Assembly (NCBI GenBank): GCA_963749705.1
Contig: CAVVNQ010000021.1
Location: forward strand, 18,094 to 82,093
Source: an uncultured Chloroflexia bacterium
GTDB taxonomy: Bacteria; Chloroflexota; Limnocylindria; Limnocylindrales; CSP1-4
Length of the DNA stretch: 64,000 bases
Reading direction: 5' to 3'
The notes below the pieces were generated by a model. That model had not been told where the DNA came from. It saw nothing but the letters and a program-made list of their open reading frames with translations, and ran no database searches. This document shows positions 59,390 through 64,000 of the stretch, piece after piece. How positions within the stretch are numbered: position 1 is the first letter of the stretch; the number at the start of each line of letters is the position of its first letter. A program made the translations under genes and the position numbers.

Positions 59390-60324
59390 CAGCTCACCGG
59401 CACGTCGATCGTGCCCTGCCAGTTGACCGGGACCCCGTAGACCGAGATCGCCAGAGTCACCGGGAAGTACTTGTTGTTGCCACTCCCCGAGGAGCCGGCC
59501 CCGCTGTACGTGTAGGTGGTGCTCGCGCCGGATCCGCTGCCACCGTCACCGAAGCTCCAGGTGTAGGTGAACGTGCAGCCGGGCTGCGGGTTCACGGTCG
59601 GGGCCGTGAAGGTGAACAGCGTTCCGGGGTTGCCCGGACCGTGGTAGTAGCCACCGCTGGTTGGGCTCACCGTCATGCTGCCGGTCACGGTCGGGGTCAC
59701 GCACACGGGCGTGGCGGTAGGTGTCGGCGTCGCGCTCCCGGTCGGCGTGGGCGCCGGCGTCGCGGAGCCCGACGGTGTGGGCGTCGGACTGGCCGTGGCC
59801 GACGGCGATGGCGTCGGGGTGGATCCGGCCGCAGGCTCGGGCGCGACGCCCAGGTAGGCGACCGCGGAGGAGGAGATGCTGATCGTCTGACCCCCGAAGA
59901 ACGAGGCGAGCAGCGGCGTGATCAGCGTGAACTTGCCGGTCACCTTCACCGTGACCGTGTCACCCACGGTGGGGTCGGACGGACACGGGCTCGGCGAGCA
60001 GACCAGGGTCACGTCGGACGGGGTGATCGAGTAGAACGAGCCCTTGGCCTCGTTGATGACCAGGCAGATGACCCGGTTCGTCGTGGCGTTGCAGGGCTGC
60101 GTGTTGTCGAACGAGGTGGGGTTGCGGGACGCCTCGAGGGCGCCCTCCTTGGCCGCGTTGGCGATCGTGATCTGGCTGTAGAACATGCGCCCGAGGTCGA
60201 GCGCCGAGGCGAACAGGACAAGGAGCACCGGCAGAATCAGGGCAAGCTCGACCAGGGCCTGCCCTCGCGACCGTGGCCGGAGTGCGAGGCGCGGTCGCCA
60301 GCTTGTTGGGAACCTGTGGTGCAT
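59389..60324 (-). CDS. TadE-like pseudopilin with a Pro/Thr linker and C-terminal PKD domain (cassette A)
   Basis: RGQALVELAL...DLGR...NAAKEGA, PT-rich linker, YTWSFGDG...TYTY. Confidence 0.88.
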   Translation of the reverse strand: MHHRFPTSWRPRLALRPRSRGQALVELALILPVLLVLFASALDLGRMFYSQITIANAAKEGALEASRNPTSFDNTQPCNATTNRVICLVINEAKGSFYSITPSDVTLVCSPSPCPSDPTVGDTVTVKVTGKFTLITPLLASFFGGQTISISSSAVAYLGVAPEPAAGSTPTPSPSATASPTPTPSGSATPAPTPTGSATPTPTATPVCVTPTVTGSMTVSPTSGGYYHGPGNPGTLFTFTAPTVNPQPGCTFTYTWSFGDGGSGSGASTTYTYSGAGSSGSGNNKYFPVTLAISVYGVPVNWQGTIDVPVS

Positions 60325-60595
60325 CTGGATTGACCTGCAGCGGGTTGTTGCCTGGCGATCGTCGAGGTCGCCCCTTGCACCCTGACTTGAAACGGTGCGC
60401 GGGTGCATAGCCCAAAGCGGGCAGTTCCCGGAGAAGGAAGTACCGCTGGTCAACGACCCAGCGCGACGACGGGACAGAGCCGCCGCCAGTGGTGCCCGGG
60501 CGGAAACCGGCCGCCAACCCGAGCGTCCGGGTGCACCGAAGGTCCCGGAGGGGTCATAGGCCCCTTTGCTCGTTTCGTGGCCGAGACGCACCACG

Positions 60596-60621
60596 GCAAG
60601 GTTGACCGCAAGGTCAGGACG
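60596..60621 (+). promoter_or_regulatory. GCAAGG-N6-GCAAGGTC-AGGACG motif upstream of Tad cassette B
   Basis: The same motif recurs at 63489-63516 upstream of cassette C. Confidence 0.55.
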
Positions 60622-60671
60622 TCACCTTCCGCAATGCCAACTGCATCACTGCATCGCCGGGGGAAACGTCG

Positions 60672-61646
60672 ATGTCGTCCTCATGGCCCGTATGGGCCGG
60701 TATTCGCGCACGCGTAAATCGGAAGCGACTCGCACCAAGATCGTTGCGAGCCTCGCCGCCCGGAAGGGTTCCGCGTCCATCCAGGGCGGGACCGCCCCCG
60801 GGCAGATGGGGCCGCCACCGCGGTCGCGACAACGCCCGCGGCCAGTCGCTGGTCGAGCTCGCGCTGGTCACGCCCATCCTGCTGGTGCTGCTCCTCGGCG
60901 CCGTGGACATGGGCCGCCTGTTCTACGCTGAGATCGCGGTCACCAACGCGGCCCGGGAAGGCGCGATGGTCGCGGCGTCGAGCCCCACCTCGTTTGTCGG
61001 TGGCGCGGCCTGCGACGCGAGCACCAACGCCGTGACGTGCGCGGCCACCCGCGAGGGGCAGGGCGGGTTCGTCACGGTCAGCCCGGCCGATGTAGCGATG
61101 ACCTGTAGCCCGTCGTGCACGAAGGCCTACGGGACCACCGTCACGGTCACCGTCACCGGGCACTTCCAGGTCCTCACGCCGCTGATGTGGATCTTCACTG
61201 GTGGCCCGAACGTGGCATTCAACCGATCGGCCGATGCCGACGTCGTGATCACCCCGACCGCCGGCGGTTTCGCAACCCCGTCGCCGTCGCCGACGGCCTC
61301 ACCGACGCCGAGCTCGTCCTCCTCTCCGACGCCGACGCCGACCACGAGCCCCACGCCGGCACCCACGCCGACGTGCGCACCACCTCTGGTGCTGTTCACC
61401 ACGTACCAGCAGAACAAGAACAAGGCGATCGAGTTCACGAGCACCTCGACGCCGACCTCCGGGACATGCGCGATCAGCTACTGGCGCTGGGACTTCGGCG
61501 ACGGTGCCACGAGCGCCGGGGCCGTCGGCACCACATCCCATGACTACGGCAAGGCGAATGAAGGCTTGACCTTCAACGTCACGCTGACGGTCACCACGCC
61601 CAGCGGCACGTTCTCGTACGTCCGCGCCGTGACGACGCTGTCATGA
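60672..61646 (+). CDS. TadE-like pseudopilin with a Pro/Thr linker and C-terminal PKD domain (cassette B)
   Basis: RGQSLVELAL...DMGR...NAAREGA, PT linker, WRWDFGDG...HDY...VTLTVT. Start uncertain. Confidence 0.88.
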   Translation: MSSSWPVWAGIRARVNRKRLAPRSLRASPPGRVPRPSRAGPPPGRWGRHRGRDNARGQSLVELALVTPILLVLLLGAVDMGRLFYAEIAVTNAAREGAMVAASSPTSFVGGAACDASTNAVTCAATREGQGGFVTVSPADVAMTCSPSCTKAYGTTVTVTVTGHFQVLTPLMWIFTGGPNVAFNRSADADVVITPTAGGFATPSPSPTASPTPSSSSSPTPTPTTSPTPAPTPTCAPPLVLFTTYQQNKNKAIEFTSTSTPTSGTCAISYWRWDFGDGATSAGAVGTTSHDYGKANEGLTFNVTLTVTTPSGTFSYVRAVTTLS

Positions 61647-62056
61647 GCAGACGAAACGAATCCGGCCAGGCCCTGGTCGAGTTCTCGCTCGCGATCATCG
61701 TGTTCGTGGTGATGCTGCTCGGGCTGTTCGACCTCGGACGCGGCGTCTACATGTACAACGGCGTGTCCGAGGCCGCCCGCGAGATCGCTCGCCGGACGAT
61801 CGTGCATCCGGGGATCGTCCTGGGTGCGACGAGCGAGACGCAGGCGGCGATCGACATCCAGAAGGGACTCATCCCCGAGCTTGGCGATCCCGTCTTCGCG
61901 TGCGTGGACGTGGCCGGCGCCGTTGTCACACACACCCCATGCCAGTCCGGTGACTACGTGCGGGTGACGATCGGCGCTTCGTACGCGCCGCTGTCGCTCC
62001 TCGGCATCGGTGGCCCGATCAACTTGTCGTCCTCCGCCAGCATGCTCATGCCATGA
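61643..62056 (+). CDS. TadE-like pseudopilin (cassette B)
   Basis: GQALVEFSL...DLGR......AAREIAR. ATGA overlap with the previous gene. Confidence 0.9.
   Translation: MSRRNESGQALVEFSLAIIVFVVMLLGLFDLGRGVYMYNGVSEAAREIARRTIVHPGIVLGATSETQAAIDIQKGLIPELGDPVFACVDVAGAVVTHTPCQSGDYVRVTIGASYAPLSLLGIGGPINLSSSASMLMP
61663..61705. repeat. 43-bp perfect inverted repeat, copy 2
   Basis: Reverse complement of 59318-59360. Confidence 0.9.
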
Positions 62057-63093
62057 AAGCGAGATCCGAGATGCCCATAACCTCGTCAACCCGGGCGACC
62101 CGGGCCCAGGATGGCCAGATCCTCGTGTTGTTCGCGCTTGGCCTGATCGCGATGATCGCGATGGTCGGCCTGGTGCTCGACGGCGGCGGGGCGTTTGCCC
62201 AGCGTCGCGAACAGCAGAACGGCGCCGATCTGGCTGCCATTGCGGGCGCAAACGCATACATGAACGCGCCAGGGTCGGTGGCTGCCAAGACTGCCGCCGC
62301 CCAAGCCGCTGCCGCGCAGGCGGCGTCCCGCAACGGCTATGCCGACGGCGCCGATGGCACGTCGGTCACGGTCGATGTGACGCTGCTTTCGTCAGGGGCG
62401 TCGGTCAAGGTTGGCATGACCAAGCCGCATCCGAACTCCTTCACCCGGATCGTCGGCATGAACTCGTGGGATGTTTCGGTCACCGCGACCGCGGTCGCCG
62501 GGGTCATCGACACCGCCGTGGGCGCGGCGCCATGGACGATGAACATCAACGCCTTCAACCCCGATGGCACGCCCAAGTACACGGAATCAAATCCGCAGAA
62601 CTTCGGCGAGACCAACGGCGACTACCCGACGAGCGAGCTCGACATCGCATGGACGGACTTCAACGGCAGCAACAACGTCAACGCGAACGAAGTCCGGGAC
62701 ATCATCCAGGGCAGCAACGTGGTGGTGGCAACCTTTGACTTCGAGCAATACCTTGGCCAGCACAACAACGGCAACATGACAACGGAGTACGGAGAGGTGC
62801 AGCAGTACCTCGCCGGCCACATCGTTCCCGTGCCGATCGTTGGTCCAGGTACACCGGACTGCACCACCCCGGCCGGTCACCAGGACGGCTGCTTCAAGGG
62901 CTGGGCGCTGTTCTACGTGATCAGCGCCCAGGGCGGCAGCGCAAAGGACATCACTGGGTACTTCCTGAGCAACTTCATCAACCTGCCGCTCACCGTGGGC
63001 GAGTGCACCGCGGCCGAGCAGGCCGCCGGCACGTGCGGGCTGATCGATCCGAGCAACGTGTTCGGTGCCTACGTGGTCCGCCTATCGGACTGA
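62053..63093 (+). CDS. TadG-like minor pilin / pilus assembly protein (cassette B)
   Basis: DGQILVLFAL...LDGG...R..QNGADLAA.AGA. Shares AWTDF, QHN.G.M and PVPIV with the cassette A paralog. Confidence 0.88.
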   Translation: MKARSEMPITSSTRATRAQDGQILVLFALGLIAMIAMVGLVLDGGGAFAQRREQQNGADLAAIAGANAYMNAPGSVAAKTAAAQAAAAQAASRNGYADGADGTSVTVDVTLLSSGASVKVGMTKPHPNSFTRIVGMNSWDVSVTATAVAGVIDTAVGAAPWTMNINAFNPDGTPKYTESNPQNFGETNGDYPTSELDIAWTDFNGSNNVNANEVRDIIQGSNVVVATFDFEQYLGQHNNGNMTTEYGEVQQYLAGHIVPVPIVGPGTPDCTTPAGHQDGCFKGWALFYVISAQGGSAKDITGYFLSNFINLPLTVGECTAAEQAAGTCGLIDPSNVFGAYVVRLSD

Positions 63094-63136
63094 CGGGTCG
63101 CGCGCCCGGGGATCGGGTAGGTCCGTCGAATTCCAA

Positions 63137-63171
63137 ACACCCGCCCGTTCCTCGGGGGATCGGGCGGGTGT
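63137..63171. terminator. Hairpin between convergent genes
   Basis: ACACCCGCCCG...CGGGCGGGTGT, an 11-bp perfect stem. Confidence 0.7.
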
Positions 63172-63183
63172 ACCTATGTCGAG

Positions 63184-63403
63184 CTACTGGGCGGTGGCGC
63201 CCACCGTAGCGCGGGCTGATGCGGGGCGCTCAGCCGCGCGGGACCAGATCCGGTGCATCGGATCGCCGGCGACGAACGCCGCCAGGGCGGCGCCAAGGAC
63301 CGGGTCCGACGAGCTCGGGCATGCCCGTGATGGACACGACCAGAGCCCACGCATACCAGGTGACGTAGAACCAGAGCAGGGCAGCTGCGAGGCGCTTCTT
63401 CAT
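63184..63403 (-). pseudogene. Small 2-TM protein gene with an apparent 1-nt insertion frameshift (or a sequencing error)
   Basis: MKKRLAAALLWFYVTWYAWALVVSITGMPELVGP continues in another frame as VLGAALAAFVAGDPMHRIW...*. The span is 220 nt (3n+1). Confidence 0.6.
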
Positions 63404-63488
63404 GGGCTGCAGGATTGCGCCACCAGCGAGCGGCGCGCCTATGGCCCGTTCGTACCCGCCCACAGTTCGGGTGCAACCACGCGCCGAT

Positions 63489-63530
63489 GCAAGGCGCACG
63501 GCAAGGTCCCAGGACGATAGTCCTATGACC
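63489..63530 (+). promoter_or_regulatory. GCAAGG-N6-GCAAGGTCCCAGGACG motif plus AGGAC-GATA-GTCCT palindrome upstream of Tad cassette C
   Basis: Matches the motif at 60596-60621. Confidence 0.55.
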
Positions 63531-63565
63531 GTCGGGGGACGAGCATCGGGGAGTGATCGATCCGT

Positions 63566-64000
63566 ATGCCCTCGCCCCAACTTCCGCACTTCACCAGCGT
63601 GCGTCCGAGGAGCAAGCGATCCCAGGGACTTGGCCAGTCTCTGGTCGAGTTCGCCCTTGTATTTCCCGTCCTGCTGCTGCTGCTAATGATCAGCCTCGAC
63701 TTTGGGCGGGTCTACTTGGGCTGGGTCAACCTCCAAAACATGGCTCGGATCGCCGCGAACTTCGCTGCGAACAACCCCACAGCCTGGACGGGTGCCGGTG
63801 ATCCCACCGCCCAGACTCAGTACCGCAACGAGATCATCAACGACGCACGCGCAACGAACTGCCAGCTGCCGTCCTCAGGCGGGACGCCGGTCGTGCCGAC
63901 GCCGTCGTTCGCGGATACCGGCGGCAATGGCAGCACGACCGATATCGCCGACACGGCGACCGTCGAGATCTCGTGCACCTTCTCGATCATCACACCGATC
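63566..64000 (+). CDS. TadE-like pseudopilin, first gene of a third cassette (3'-truncated; absent from the ORF track)
   Basis: Hand translation MPSPQLPHFTSVRPRSKRSQGLGQSLVEFALVFPVLLLLLMISLDFGR...NMARIAA, open to the window end. Confidence 0.88.
   Translation, partial: MPSPQLPHFTSVRPRSKRSQGLGQSLVEFALVFPVLLLLLMISLDFGRVYLGWVNLQNMARIAANFAANNPTAWTGAGDPTAQTQYRNEIINDARATNCQLPSSGGTPVVPTPSFADTGGNGSTTDIADTATVEISCTFSIITPI

Noticed and set aside
60590-60660. Resemblance to a c-di-GMP-I riboswitch (GGCAA..stem-GCAA-stem..GGACG)
   Set aside because: The downstream CAAAG/P3 arm with its tetraloop receptor is missing, and the paralogous site at 63489 keeps the direct repeat but not the hairpin. A cmscan against RF01051 would settle it.

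Overview
Very GC-rich bacterial chromosomal window. The gene repertoire and style suggest a Chloroflexota lineage such as Limnocylindria/Ellin6529, which is inference only. It is mostly housekeeping and metabolism: pntB (partial), htrA, an S10 peptidase, alaX, an ATP-dependent DNA ligase, an osmoprotectant ABC transporter, a thiolase/enoyl-CoA hydratase cluster, fumC, ppgK, purE/purK and a two-component system. I see no integrase, transposase, CRISPR array or rRNA. The most notable items are: (1) at the right end, back-to-back paralogous Tad minor-pilin cassettes (TadE-PKD / TadE / TadG) with a 43-bp perfect inverted repeat between them, a shared upstream GCAAGG-N6-GCAAGGTC..AGGACG motif, and the start of a third cassette; (2) a tRNA-Ile with the rare UAU anticodon; (3) an orphan protein with an eCIS-cargo-like LQRxAGNxAV leader fused to an HExxH metalloprotease; (4) a sipW plus TasA-like gene pair; (5) a GrpB-PurK fusion; (6) a candidate structured ncRNA at about 2.5 kb; (7) pervasive leaderless gene starts. 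All calls come from reading motifs by eye, with no database search, and several start codons are my own choices.
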